DNA from: an uncultured Candidatus Peribacteria bacterium
GTDB lineage: Bacteria; Patescibacteriota; Gracilibacteria; Peribacterales; Peribacteraceae
Reading direction: 5' to 3'
NCBI GenBank assembly: GCA_964624905.1
Contig: CAZUYK010000003.1
Coordinates: forward strand, 7,923 to 71,922
DNA length: 64,000 nt
This document shows positions 8,425 through 17,124 of the stretch, piece by piece; position 1 is the first letter of the stretch; each line of letters opens with the position of its first letter. Below the pieces are notes generated by a model. The model was not told where the DNA came from and made no database searches. It was given only the letters and a program-made list of their open reading frames with translations. A program made the position numbers and the translations under genes.

Positions 8425-8438
8425 TCTGCTTTCGATTT

Positions 8439-9029
8439 TTATATACACATGGGCGACTTCTTCCAGCCCGCTTTTTCCGCCAACTCCTCGGAGCAGAATC
8501 TCTTTTCGTTTCGGGACAAATCGATGACGATGCTGTCGTACGTAAGACATCCCGGATGGTAGTAATACCGCTCTCCGGTAGCGGTTACCGTCCCCTTCAC
8601 GAAGCATCCCGCGGGCTTGCTTGATGCAAGGGACGACGGGGCGGAAGAAACAGCGGCTGACGATTGGAAGGAAGAAGACGACTTGGATGATTGTATTCCG
8701 AAGTTACGGAACATTCTCATCGTGATACGCTCAAAGTAAGAAATTTCGGTGGGAGTTCCGTCGGATACGCATTGCGTTTTCGTTTCGTTCCACATGAAGC
8801 CGCCCTTGCACTCGCAATCGAGTTTGCCAGCATGCGCCCCCTCGCCGAAGCGGCTCTTGCAGGAGCCCGTCGAGTTTGGCGGGATGTTCATCAATTTATA
8901 TGCCCGCACGTTATCTGCCGGAGTCGTGTAATCGATTTTGACCGCCCCGAGCAGGTTGGCTTTGGAGACAACCGTCGACGCAACGATAAAGAGAACGAGG
9001 AACGAAGCTGCTTTTCCTGTGTAAGACAT
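8439..9029 (-). CDS. exported protein with Ser-rich linker and C-terminal sunset-type domain
   Basis: Start at MSYTGKAASFLVLFIVAS (signal anchor). The C-terminus KGTVTATGERYYYHPGCLTYDSIVIDLSRNEKRFCSEELAEKAGWKKS matches the sunset-domain pattern. Confidence 0.6.
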   Translation of the reverse strand: MSYTGKAASFLVLFIVASTVVSKANLLGAVKIDYTTPADNVRAYKLMNIPPNSTGSCKSRFGEGAHAGKLDCECKGGFMWNETKTQCVSDGTPTEISYFERITMRMFRNFGIQSSKSSSSFQSSAAVSSAPSSLASSKPAGCFVKGTVTATGERYYYHPGCLTYDSIVIDLSRNEKRFCSEELAEKAGWKKSPMCI

Positions 9030-9264
9030 GGTACTGAGTATACGAATTCTTTCGCATACCAAGACATCTATCCCGTGTATTTCAAGCGAAGATCTCGGAT
9101 TCAGGAATGTCCTTGGAATCGCACTTCCACTCCGCGTCGCGGCGGTCGGGAATCGAAGAAATCCCGTTCCATCCAATACCCCGATCGCGCAAAGGCACGT
9201 GCGTATTTTTCCACGAGGCGCGCGCGGACGCGTTCGACCGGCCGTCGCTTGGAAGATATGTTCT

Positions 9265-9687
9265 TCATGCTTCGTGGCGGACGGACGTCACCCGCAGCTG
9301 GCCCGCGATGTCGTACACGTTCCAGGTGTGCCCGTCGATGTCGTCGAGCGGGACCAGCGTTCCTTCCACGACGACTTCTTCGTTCGTGGGAAAATCCCAG
9401 AATGCTTCCGTTTGCAGGACGCTGAGATCCAACGCGAAGTGCGTGCCGTCAGGGGCTTTCAAGCCGAGCGCGCATTCCATGGTCTGGGGGCCGGATGCAT
9501 CGCGGTGGGGCAGGCACACGGACATGCCGGACAGGGTCGCGTGGCGGGGGGCCTGGGCGATCTCATCGGCTTTGTGGGCGGACGTGGTCGAGCACGACGT
9601 CAGCAAGATACAACCGACGGCCACGAGCAGAGTCGAGGCAAGAAGGAGAGGATGGGACCGGTGGGTGGGGAGGTGGTGGGTTGTCAT
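9265..9687 (-). CDS. lipoprotein, function unknown
   Basis: Start at MTTHHL. It has a signal peptide with lipobox LLTSC. Confidence 0.55.
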   Translation of the reverse strand: MTTHHLPTHRSHPLLLASTLLVAVGCILLTSCSTTSAHKADEIAQAPRHATLSGMSVCLPHRDASGPQTMECALGLKAPDGTHFALDLSVLQTEAFWDFPTNEEVVVEGTLVPLDDIDGHTWNVYDIAGQLRVTSVRHEA

Positions 9688-9800
9688 ACATAAAGTCATA
9701 CGATGAAGAACGCGAAAGGTAACAATGAACATTCGCGCAACAACCATCATGCGGAATATGCCTTAGCCGGGACTTTGAGGTGCCTTTTGCGGCAGACAAT

Positions 9801-9847
9801 GGCAAGCAACCGCTTGCGCCGAGGTAAGCAACGACAAGGCAAGCAAC
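9801..9847 (+). repeat. three copies of G(G/T)(C/A)AAGCAAC upstream of the wall-protein gene
   Basis: GGCAAGCAAC at 9801 and 9838, and GTAAGCAAC at 9824. The first copy also forms GCAAGC-aacc-GCTTGC. Confidence 0.4.
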
Positions 9848-9970
9848 GTCTTAAAATAATCCAAAATCGCAATTTGCATTATTTAATCAGTAAGAAAACA
9901 GAAATGCCCCCGTCTCAATAGGCTTACGAGCGGACTTACTCGCTCGCTTCGCCTTCTTCCCTCCTCTTTT

Positions 9971-12595
9971 ATGCCCGTACGCACTTTGCGCAAACTCATT
10001 CCCCGAGGAACGACAGCGGGTGTCGCCGCCGTCGGGTCCGCCTTCCTTACATCGGTGCTGCTGGGCAGCATCGCATTCGGCGTATCCTCGCCGCACGCAT
10101 CGGCCATCGGCCCCTGCACCGTCGTCTCCCCCATCAACCTCGAAGCATATTGGAGGTTGGACGAAGGATCGGGATCCACGATCGCCGACGATTCCGGCAA
10201 CAGCCATTCGGGCGCGCTTTTGAACTCCCCGACGTGGACCACCGGCACCCCCAGCATCGCGCCCAATCCGTCCGCGCTCTCCTTTGATGGCACGGATGAT
10301 TATGCGCTCGTGTCCGACGTCACAGGACTTCCGTCCGGATCCGCCGCGCGTTCCATCTCGCTGTGGATGAACCAATCCGCCGTGACGGAACAGGCCACGC
10401 TCGTGTCCATCGGAAACGGCAACGACGCAAACCAGAAATTCATCCTGCAGATGGGAACGTCCGGCGCGGACACCTATCTGTTCACGGACGGCATCAACGC
10501 GGGTAACAACATCACGTTGTCCGGAAGCCAGATTCCCGCGGCAGGCTGGCACCACATCGGGTTCACGTACGACGGCGGAACCGACTGGGCCTATTACCTC
10601 GACGGAGTCCTGACGAAGTCCGGATCATTCCTCACGCCCATCAACACCGTGACCAACGCTTTGGAAATCGGAAGCAGACACGACGTGAATACTGGTTACT
10701 ACCAGGGAAGCCTGGATGACATTCAGATCTACGGACGCGAATTGTCGGGCGCGGAAATCGCGGATCTCGCGACCGGATGCAGCGACGCGAGCAGCAGCTC
10801 CAGCAGCGTCTCGTCGGGATCGGGAAGCTCCGTGTCTTCGGGCAGCGGATCATCCGTATCATCCAGCATTTCTTCTTCCAGCAGCTCCTCTTCTTCCAGC
10901 TTCTCGGGCACGCTTCTTATCGTTCAGCCGCAGAATCTCCAGGGCTGGGCATTCAATACATCAGGTACGGGCGCGACGGGAACGGGATCGTTCGGCCGCG
11001 GACCCGCCGTTCCTCCTTTGGGAACGGGCAGCGTAAAATTCACCACGGGGTCCGACGGTGACTACCTGGAATTGCGCAACGGAGCGTATGCCGGGAAAAT
11101 GCTCTCCGACCTGACGGAACTGACCTATTCCACATACGTTCCGACGGCATCCGGCTCATCGAACAACAACACCTGCCAGGCACCGTATCTCATCCTGACG
11201 ATCGATAACAGCGGCGACATGGATCCCGATGAAAACGGCGACAACACGTTGTTCTTCGAACCGTGTTACCAGAGCGGAACCGTCCTGAGGGATACCTGGC
11301 AAACTTGGAATGCATTCGAAGGACAATGGTATCCGGGATATGAAGACAACGGAGACACGCGCGTCTCGGGACCCCCGACGCAGACGCTTGCCGAATACAT
11401 CGCAACGCACAGCGGCGCCAAGATCGTGAATTCAAGTAACGGCAGGGGCGGCGTACGTATCGATGCAGGCGGCGGAGGCGAGATAACGTCCGATGATATT
11501 TATTACGCAGATGCATTCACCATCGACTTCGCATCCACGGGAAGAACAGGGTATGACTTCGAACCTGCCGACAGGGATGGCGACGGTTTGAATGATAACG
11601 TCGATAACTGTCCTCTCGCGTACAATCCGTCGCAAACCGACACGGATACTGATGGCATCGGTGATGCATGCGACAGCGTATCTTCGTCCAGCTCTTCGAG
11701 CATAGTGAATAGCGGAGGAGGAGGTGGTGGTGGTGGCGGTGGAGGTGGTGGTGGTGGTGGCGGACGCGGTAGGATCAGCTCGGCGTCCAGCTCAAGCAGA
11801 AGCAACGTACCGGGGGGAGGATTCGGAGGAGATGAACCGCTTCCCTTTGATGACGTTCCATCCAATGCATTCTACGAAGACGCATTGCGCTGGCTTCTGG
11901 ATATCGGAGCGATCGACGACACGCGATTCTTCCGCCCTGGCGCCAATGCCAACCGCGCGGAGAACGCCAAGCTCATCGTGGAAGTGATGGGAGGAATCCT
12001 GATGACCTCGCCGCCGAACACACCGAGCTTCGACGACGTCCGTCCGGGAACCTGGTACTACATGTACTTTGAAGACGCCGGTAACCGCGGCTACGTCCGC
12101 GGCGACAGCAACTGTTACGGCAGGCATCCATGCACCGGCCGCCCGGGAGACACCATCCTGCGCGCGGAAATGGCCGCTCTTATCGTCCGTGCCTTCGCCT
12201 TGCCGCGCACCGGCGAAGCCCCGAGAGCCAGCGATGTCTCCTCCGGACAGTGGTACACGCAATACATGGAAGCGGCGGCTGACCACTGCATCATCCGCGG
12301 TGATTCCGGCACGGGAAAGGCACGCCCGCTGCAAGCCATCAACCGTGCGGAGATCGCCATGATGCTCTATCGCGCATGGCAGGATCAGGAATACGACAAC
12401 GGATGCTCCGACATTCCCCGCTCCTCCAGTAGCAGCTCACGCAGCAGCATCTCGAGCAGGTCTTCGACAAGCTCCCGCAACAGCTCATCTTCGATGAGTT
12501 CGATGAGCCCCTCATCGTTCTCCTCCTCGATGAGCAGCATGTCTAGCACGAGCAGCAGCATGAGCTCCTCATCCTCTTCCTTCTCCAGCATTTAA
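9971..12595 (+). CDS. large exported wall protein: LamG/ConA-like + TSP type-3 repeat + poly-Gly + 3 SLH-like repeats + Ser-rich tail
   Basis: 874 aa with a signal peptide. The LamG_3 pattern runs YWRLDEGSGSTIADDSGN...FDGTDDYA...LDDIQIYGRELS. The TSP3 repeat is DRDGDGLNDNVDNCPLAYNPSQTDTDTDGIGDACD. There are three FDDV/SDV...W/FY repeats of SLH type. Confidence 0.8.
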   Translation: MPVRTLRKLIPRGTTAGVAAVGSAFLTSVLLGSIAFGVSSPHASAIGPCTVVSPINLEAYWRLDEGSGSTIADDSGNSHSGALLNSPTWTTGTPSIAPNPSALSFDGTDDYALVSDVTGLPSGSAARSISLWMNQSAVTEQATLVSIGNGNDANQKFILQMGTSGADTYLFTDGINAGNNITLSGSQIPAAGWHHIGFTYDGGTDWAYYLDGVLTKSGSFLTPINTVTNALEIGSRHDVNTGYYQGSLDDIQIYGRELSGAEIADLATGCSDASSSSSSVSSGSGSSVSSGSGSSVSSSISSSSSSSSSSFSGTLLIVQPQNLQGWAFNTSGTGATGTGSFGRGPAVPPLGTGSVKFTTGSDGDYLELRNGAYAGKMLSDLTELTYSTYVPTASGSSNNNTCQAPYLILTIDNSGDMDPDENGDNTLFFEPCYQSGTVLRDTWQTWNAFEGQWYPGYEDNGDTRVSGPPTQTLAEYIATHSGAKIVNSSNGRGGVRIDAGGGGEITSDDIYYADAFTIDFASTGRTGYDFEPADRDGDGLNDNVDNCPLAYNPSQTDTDTDGIGDACDSVSSSSSSSIVNSGGGGGGGGGGGGGGGGGRGRISSASSSSRSNVPGGGFGGDEPLPFDDVPSNAFYEDALRWLLDIGAIDDTRFFRPGANANRAENAKLIVEVMGGILMTSPPNTPSFDDVRPGTWYYMYFEDAGNRGYVRGDSNCYGRHPCTGRPGDTILRAEMAALIVRAFALPRTGEAPRASDVSSGQWYTQYMEAAADHCIIRGDSGTGKARPLQAINRAEIAMMLYRAWQDQEYDNGCSDIPRSSSSSSRSSISSRSSTSSRNSSSSMSSMSPSSFSSSMSSMSSTSSSMSSSSSSFSSI

Positions 12596-12623
12596 AAGAG
12601 TCGGCTAACGCATAGACCGGCGA

Positions 12624-12651
12624 AAAGGCCCCAGGGGTGGGGCCTTTTCTT
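12624..12651. terminator. bidirectional rho-independent terminator between convergent genes
   Basis: AAAAGGCCCC-aggggt-GGGGCCTTTTCTT. Confidence 0.7.
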
Positions 12652-12664
12652 AAAGAAATTTTCC

Positions 12665-13183
12665 TTACTGAGCCGAAGTTCCTTCCTCATCATGCTGCAT
12701 ACCGAACTCGCCTCGCTTCATTTTCATCATGAACGGACCTCCGTGTCCGCCCATGGGGCCGCCATGCCGTCCCTTGAACTTCATCATGTCTCCGCATGCC
12801 GCCCTCACTTCATCCATGGCGGTTTGGACCGCGGCAGGAACCTCCTTCTCCTTGGATGCCCTCATCTCCTCATGCGCGTCTTTCAGCGCCTGGGCACGCT
12901 GCGCGTCATCGGTGATGGCGGCTGCGGCGACAAGCGCATCGCGATGCGCGATCATTTTTTCCTTCCTCGCCTTGCTCATCTCATCGAATACGTCGACGTG
13001 GGCGGAAGCAAGATGCGCCATCGCCTCGGTGCAGGGCTGGGAAGGCGAGGGACGATTTTCGGCATCCGCCGCTTCGGACGCGACCTGGTCTGCGGAAGCG
13101 GCAAGTGCCATCTGGGCCATCAGCGGTACTCCGACGGCGAGGGCGGTCGCTCCAGCGGCGAATCCCTTGGTAAAAGATTTCAT
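12665..13183 (-). CDS. exported helical protein with Gly/Met/His-rich tail, unknown function
   Basis: 172 aa with signal peptide ...MAQMALAASA. The tail is HGGPMGGHGGPFMMKMK. Confidence 0.6.
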   Translation of the reverse strand: MKSFTKGFAAGATALAVGVPLMAQMALAASADQVASEAADAENRPSPSQPCTEAMAHLASAHVDVFDEMSKARKEKMIAHRDALVAAAAITDDAQRAQALKDAHEEMRASKEKEVPAAVQTAMDEVRAACGDMMKFKGRHGGPMGGHGGPFMMKMKRGEFGMQHDEEGTSAQ

Positions 13184-13244
13184 AGAATATGGGTAGAAAA
13201 GAAATAAAGATGATCGATCACGCGAGCAGCATACGAAGCGGCGC

Positions 13245-13272
13245 TTAAGGCGGAGTTAAGGGGAAGTTAAGG
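13245..13272. repeat. TTAAGG x3 with exact 11-bp phasing
   Basis: TTAAGG at 13245, 13256 and 13267, with TTATGG at 13278. They lie 62-90 nt upstream of the start at 13183. Confidence 0.5.
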
Positions 13273-13349
13273 AAGCCTTATGGTCCTGGCACGAAAGAAG
13301 GCCGCTCCCGCGGATGCAGGAACGGCCTTCTACACATTCTTTCCAGTGC

Positions 13350-13565
13350 TTACTGCGCGTCCGTGGGGGCCGGCGTCGTGACGTTCGGCAGATCCACGTT
13401 GATATCCGAACCCGTGTTATTCGCCGCGAACGGGAACACCTGCAACGCGTAGAGCGCGAAGCCAAGGATGAGGACGACCGCCAGAACGGCTATCACCGTA
13501 TTCATCGCTGATGAAGCGTCCGAGTCGCTCCTGTGATGTACATCGCGTTCGATGATGGTTGCCAT
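13350..13565 (-). CDS. small single-pass membrane protein
   Basis: 71 aa with a central TM helix (VIAVLAVVLILGFALYAL) and backbone-like codon usage. Confidence 0.45.
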   Translation of the reverse strand: MATIIERDVHHRSDSDASSAMNTVIAVLAVVLILGFALYALQVFPFAANNTGSDINVDLPNVTTPAPTDAQ

Positions 13566-13692
13566 AGGATAGATGGGAAAGAAGTAAATGCTCTGTACTT
13601 GTAGACAGAAAACGCGGGCGTTTATGGCAAAATTACGCTTACAATTTGAACAAATTTTGTATTCATAAAATACGGACCAGAAAAAGAATATT

Positions 13693-13725
13693 GCATAGGG
13701 AATTAAGCCGATAGCTTCCCTATGC
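13693..13725 (+). promoter_or_regulatory. perfect 10-bp inverted repeat 8 nt before the deacetylase ATG
   Basis: GCATAGGGAA-13 nt-TTCCCTATGC. It could be an operator or a 5' UTR hairpin. Confidence 0.35.
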
Positions 13726-13732
13726 TGTTTCC

Positions 13733-14638
13733 ATGCGTCGCTCCCCCCTCATCTTCTCTACCGTATTCATTGCATGCCTCGTTCTTGGCGCCTGCCAAGC
13801 CGAAGGACGGATGGCTCCTGCGAAAACAGCCTCCGCTTCTTCCGCATCTTCTTCCAGCGCCTTCAGCAAGAGCAGCGTGCGGACGGTCGGATCGCTGTTC
13901 CAGAAGCGCGCGGCGGATCGCGGGGGAACGGTCTCGGTCAGCAGCACTTCGCGTGCGGCAACGCCGCCGACCAACAAGTCGATTCCGATCCTTGTGTACC
14001 ACCATGTACGGCCAACCAAGGGAATGGATAAGAGCACGTGGACATGGAAAATGTCCGTGTCCCCGGAGAATTTCGACAAGCAAATGAAGCACCTGCAAGA
14101 CAACGGATACACGACGATCGACCTCACGACCTACGTCCAAATCATGAAGGGCGAAACCGACGGCCCCGCAAAGCCCGTTGTCATCACCTTCGACGATAAC
14201 CAGCCGACCCAGTACGACGCGGCCTTGCCGATCATCGAGAAGTACGGGCACATGGCCGTGTTCTATATGGTTTCCAACCGCATCGGCGTGAAGGGCTTCC
14301 TGAGCGCCGAACAGATCCTGGATATGCAGAAGCGCGGCATGGACATCGAATCGCACACCATCGCCCACCGCGTCCTCACCGCCCTTCCGGCGGCGGAAGT
14401 GGAACGGGATCTCGCCGAGAGCAAGAAAGTCCTGGAAGACTTGCTGGGGAAGCCGGTGCTTCACGTGGCGTATCCCGGTACCGCGCACAACCAGACCGTC
14501 CGCGACCGCGCGAAGGCCGCGGGCTACGTGACGGGCACCATCATGGATCCGCGCAATGCCACGGAAAAGGATGATTTCTTCCGTCTTCCGCGCATCATGA
14601 TGACGGATGATTCCAACCTTGCTAAGGTTTTGCCCTGA
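13733..14638 (+). CDS. polysaccharide deacetylase (NodB homology) family protein
   Basis: Signal or lipoprotein-like N-terminus, then a Ser-rich linker. NodB motifs are ITFDDN, HMAVFYM and ESHTIAHRVL. Confidence 0.85.
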   Translation: MRRSPLIFSTVFIACLVLGACQAEGRMAPAKTASASSASSSSAFSKSSVRTVGSLFQKRAADRGGTVSVSSTSRAATPPTNKSIPILVYHHVRPTKGMDKSTWTWKMSVSPENFDKQMKHLQDNGYTTIDLTTYVQIMKGETDGPAKPVVITFDDNQPTQYDAALPIIEKYGHMAVFYMVSNRIGVKGFLSAEQILDMQKRGMDIESHTIAHRVLTALPAAEVERDLAESKKVLEDLLGKPVLHVAYPGTAHNQTVRDRAKAAGYVTGTIMDPRNATEKDDFFRLPRIMMTDDSNLAKVLP

Positions 14639-14656
14639 GTATTTCCCCTACGCTCC

Positions 14657-15193
14657 ATGGACTTCACCTCGTCCCTCGTCACCGGTTACTCCGTCCTCAC
14701 GGTCGGCACGCAGGTCGCCACCCTCCTGCTTGCGATCTCCCTGCTCGCAAAGCCCCTTTCCTCGTACCTCGCATGGATGAAGGAAAACGCCCTCGCGATC
14801 ATGTTCGCCGGCGCGCTGCTCGCGACGGTCGGCAGCCTCTATTTTTCGGAAATCGCAGGCTGGACGCCGTGCGTGAAATGCTGGTACCAGCGCATCTTCA
14901 TGTATCCGCAAGCGGTGATCCTCCTGGTCGCGCTTGTAAGGAAAGACCGGACCGTCTCGTATTCCGTCCTAGCGCTCTCGCTTATCGGACTTGTGATCGC
15001 CGGGGACCACTACGCAGAACAGCTCAATCTCGTGCTGAACCCTGCTGATCCCGCGATGCCCTGCGACGAAACGGGCGTCTCGTGCGCACGCACGCCGTTC
15101 TTTCACTTCGGATACATCACGATCCCCATGATGGCCGCCAGCGTCTTCCTACTAAACGCGCTGCTGTCCTGGACGGTGATCCGGAAGAAGTGA
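14657..15193 (+). CDS. disulfide bond formation protein B (BdbC/DsbB type)
   Basis: 4 TM helices, with WTPCVKCWYQRIFMYP (the CxxC loop) and a second Cys pair PCDETGVSC. Confidence 0.85.
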   Translation: MDFTSSLVTGYSVLTVGTQVATLLLAISLLAKPLSSYLAWMKENALAIMFAGALLATVGSLYFSEIAGWTPCVKCWYQRIFMYPQAVILLVALVRKDRTVSYSVLALSLIGLVIAGDHYAEQLNLVLNPADPAMPCDETGVSCARTPFFHFGYITIPMMAASVFLLNALLSWTVIRKK

Positions 15194-15196
15194 GGC

Positions 15197-15688
15197 TTAC
15201 GCGTCCCATTCATCGAAGACCTTTCCATCGATCGCGTACTGCACCTTCTTGATTTCCGGGAACTGCAGCAATGTCTTTTCGATTGGCTGCTTCGCCATCA
15301 TCTGGCGCGCGGCTGCGGAGTTCAGGATTTCCAACGCGGACTGCTTGAAGTTCACCGTCGCCGTTTCACCTTCCACCTTCACGTCGATCAGGTCATCTGC
15401 AAGCGCGCGGAGGTCTTCCGACATGCGGGCGTTCAGGCGGCGGGCCTCGTCCTTGGACGGACCTTTCAGGAGCTCGCGAACGGCGGCTTCGTACAGCATG
15501 TTCTCGCGGTAGGAGATGGTGCGTGCGACGATGACCGGCTGGTCGTACGTGGCGTTATTCAGATCCCTGAGGCTGTAGTAGTAGAGCTGGACGCCTTTGG
15601 ATTCGGACGGCGCACAAGCGACGAGAAGGCCAGCGAGGGCAAAACCGGAGAAGAGGGAGGAGAAACGCATAGGAAGAACAGAATACAT
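15197..15688 (-). CDS. GerMN domain lipoprotein
   Basis: Lipobox LLVAC. The GerMN-like pattern is LYYY...AAVRELLKGPS...VNF...PEIKKVQYAIDGK. Confidence 0.7.
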   Translation of the reverse strand: MYSVLPMRFSSLFSGFALAGLLVACAPSESKGVQLYYYSLRDLNNATYDQPVIVARTISYRENMLYEAAVRELLKGPSKDEARRLNARMSEDLRALADDLIDVKVEGETATVNFKQSALEILNSAAARQMMAKQPIEKTLLQFPEIKKVQYAIDGKVFDEWDA

Positions 15689-15723
15689 CGTGGAAAGGAA
15701 TGAATCCAGTATATCGATCAGTT

Positions 15724-16464
15724 TTACTCAAGGAACGTCAGGACGAACATCAACCCGATACCGGCGATGAGCGCCACGACCTGGAAGAAGGAATGGAGCG
15801 GCTTCGTATGCTTGTGCAACTCGGGCAGAAGATCTCCCACGGCGATGTACAGGAAATTTCCGGCGACGAAGGGGAACAGGTAGCGCTCCAAGTCCGGCAC
15901 GTTACCCTGGAGTCCTACGACGATGGCCGCGCCGACGACCGACGCCAACGCAGTCAAAAGATTGAGCATCAAGGCGCGCATCTTGCTGTATCCGCTGTAG
16001 AGGAGCACGCCGATATCCCCGAATTCCTGGGGGATTTCGTGCAAGATCACGGCGACGGTCGTCGCGATGCCCGCATTGATGTCCACCAGATAGCTGCTGG
16101 CGATGATAAGACCGTCGATGAAATTGTGGGCGGCGTCGCCGACGAGGCTCATGGTGCCGACGGGATGCATGGCGTAGTCCTCACCGTGGCAGTGCCTCCA
16201 GTGAATGAACTTCTCCAGGATGAACGAGAGCATGATACCCCCGATAACGAAGAGGGAAGCGGTCGGGAAGAATTCCGGCGAGCCCTCGGCCATTTCCGGA
16301 AGAATATGGATGAACACGTCGCCCATAAGCGCGCCCGCGGCGAAGCTGATAAGGAATGTCAGCACCTCGTGTATCCATTTGTCCTTCAGGAGAAACAAGG
16401 AGATGCCCAGCAGGGAAATCGCGCTGACAAGCAGGACGCTTCCGAAGATGTAGAGGGAAACCAT
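15724..16464 (-). CDS. ZIP family metal (zinc) transporter
   Basis: HNFIDGLIIASSY and HEIPQEFGD motifs, with 8 TM helices. Confidence 0.9.
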   Translation of the reverse strand: MVSLYIFGSVLLVSAISLLGISLFLLKDKWIHEVLTFLISFAAGALMGDVFIHILPEMAEGSPEFFPTASLFVIGGIMLSFILEKFIHWRHCHGEDYAMHPVGTMSLVGDAAHNFIDGLIIASSYLVDINAGIATTVAVILHEIPQEFGDIGVLLYSGYSKMRALMLNLLTALASVVGAAIVVGLQGNVPDLERYLFPFVAGNFLYIAVGDLLPELHKHTKPLHSFFQVVALIAGIGLMFVLTFLE

Positions 16465-16479
16465 AAAAGAAGGGAGAAG

Positions 16480-16902
16480 TTATTGACAGGAATGGCAGGT
16501 ACCGAGGATCTCGCTCACGTGCCGGTCGGGACGGAACCCGGCGGAACGCGCGACAGCATCTTCTTGTTCGCAAAGGGAATGATCGTGCTTCTCTTCGACT
16601 TTTCCGCACGCGTCGCAGTGGAGCAGGACATGATGCCCGTGCACGGAGGGGATGTGGCATACGGAATACAGACCATCGTTGGAATGACGATGCACGGCGC
16701 CGATCTTTTCCAACAAATCCAGGATGCGATACACGGTGACGATCCCGACGGAGCGCGAGCGTTCGCGCGCGATCCATTCGTGCAAATCCTTGGCGGACGC
16801 AGGTGCGTCGATACCGCACAAGGCTTCGGCGACGAGCCGGCGGGGCGCCGTATCTTTCAGGCCGGTGGCCCGGAACGCGTCGAGGATGGAGACAGATTGC
16901 AT
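16480..16902 (-). CDS. Fur family transcriptional repressor (probably Zur)
   Basis: TVYRILDLLEKIGAVHR wHTH plus two CxxC pairs. It lies immediately upstream of the ZIP transporter gene. Start set at the ATG at 16902. Confidence 0.85.
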   Translation of the reverse strand: MQSVSILDAFRATGLKDTAPRRLVAEALCGIDAPASAKDLHEWIARERSRSVGIVTVYRILDLLEKIGAVHRHSNDGLYSVCHIPSVHGHHVLLHCDACGKVEEKHDHSLCEQEDAVARSAGFRPDRHVSEILGTCHSCQ

Positions 16903-17094
16903 GGCTCCGTATGATAGGGCGATTTCCCTCCAAACGCAACTTTTTTCATTTAGATTAAAGAGCCCTAATTGAAGCCATTTTATAAATGACAAAAAACATG
17001 AATTCGCTGAATTGCCCGTTTGAAGGAGCAGGGCTGAAACAGGCCATATCCCCTCTTTAAAATGCCAAACAGACGTGAAATACAGACCAACTTA

Positions 17095-17103
17095 TGCTAT
17101 AAT
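17095..17103 (+). promoter_or_regulatory. extended -10 element TGcTATAAT
   Basis: It lies 21 nt upstream of the ATG at 17125. Confidence 0.4.
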
Positions 17104-17124
17104 GAAAGGGACCCACACAAACAC

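Noticed and set aside
6662-8527. 621-aa plus-strand ORF.
   Set aside because: It is antisense to the well-supported PBP1A gene. Its Arg/His/Gly-rich translation has no motifs, so it is a shadow ORF of GC-rich coding DNA.
12385-12591. 68-aa Leu/Glu-rich minus-strand ORF.
   Set aside because: It is the complement of the poly-Ser (AGC/TCN) tail of the wall-protein gene, so it is a mirror artefact.
10780-12595. Repetitive Ser/Gly-coding stretches considered as a possible CRISPR or tandem-repeat array.
   Set aside because: They lie inside one continuous ORF. The repeats are at amino-acid level with mixed codons, and there is no repeat-spacer architecture. No CRISPR array exists anywhere in the window.
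15700-16914. 404-aa plus-strand ORF.
   Set aside because: It is antisense to the ZIP transporter and Fur-family genes, both of which have clear family motifs. The translation is low-complexity and D/E/R/G-rich.
16903-17124. Looked for a Zur/Fur box (AT-rich 7-1-7 palindrome) in the divergent region upstream of the Fur-family gene.
   Set aside because: I found no convincing palindrome by eye, only an extended -10 for the plus-strand gene. A box cannot be claimed.
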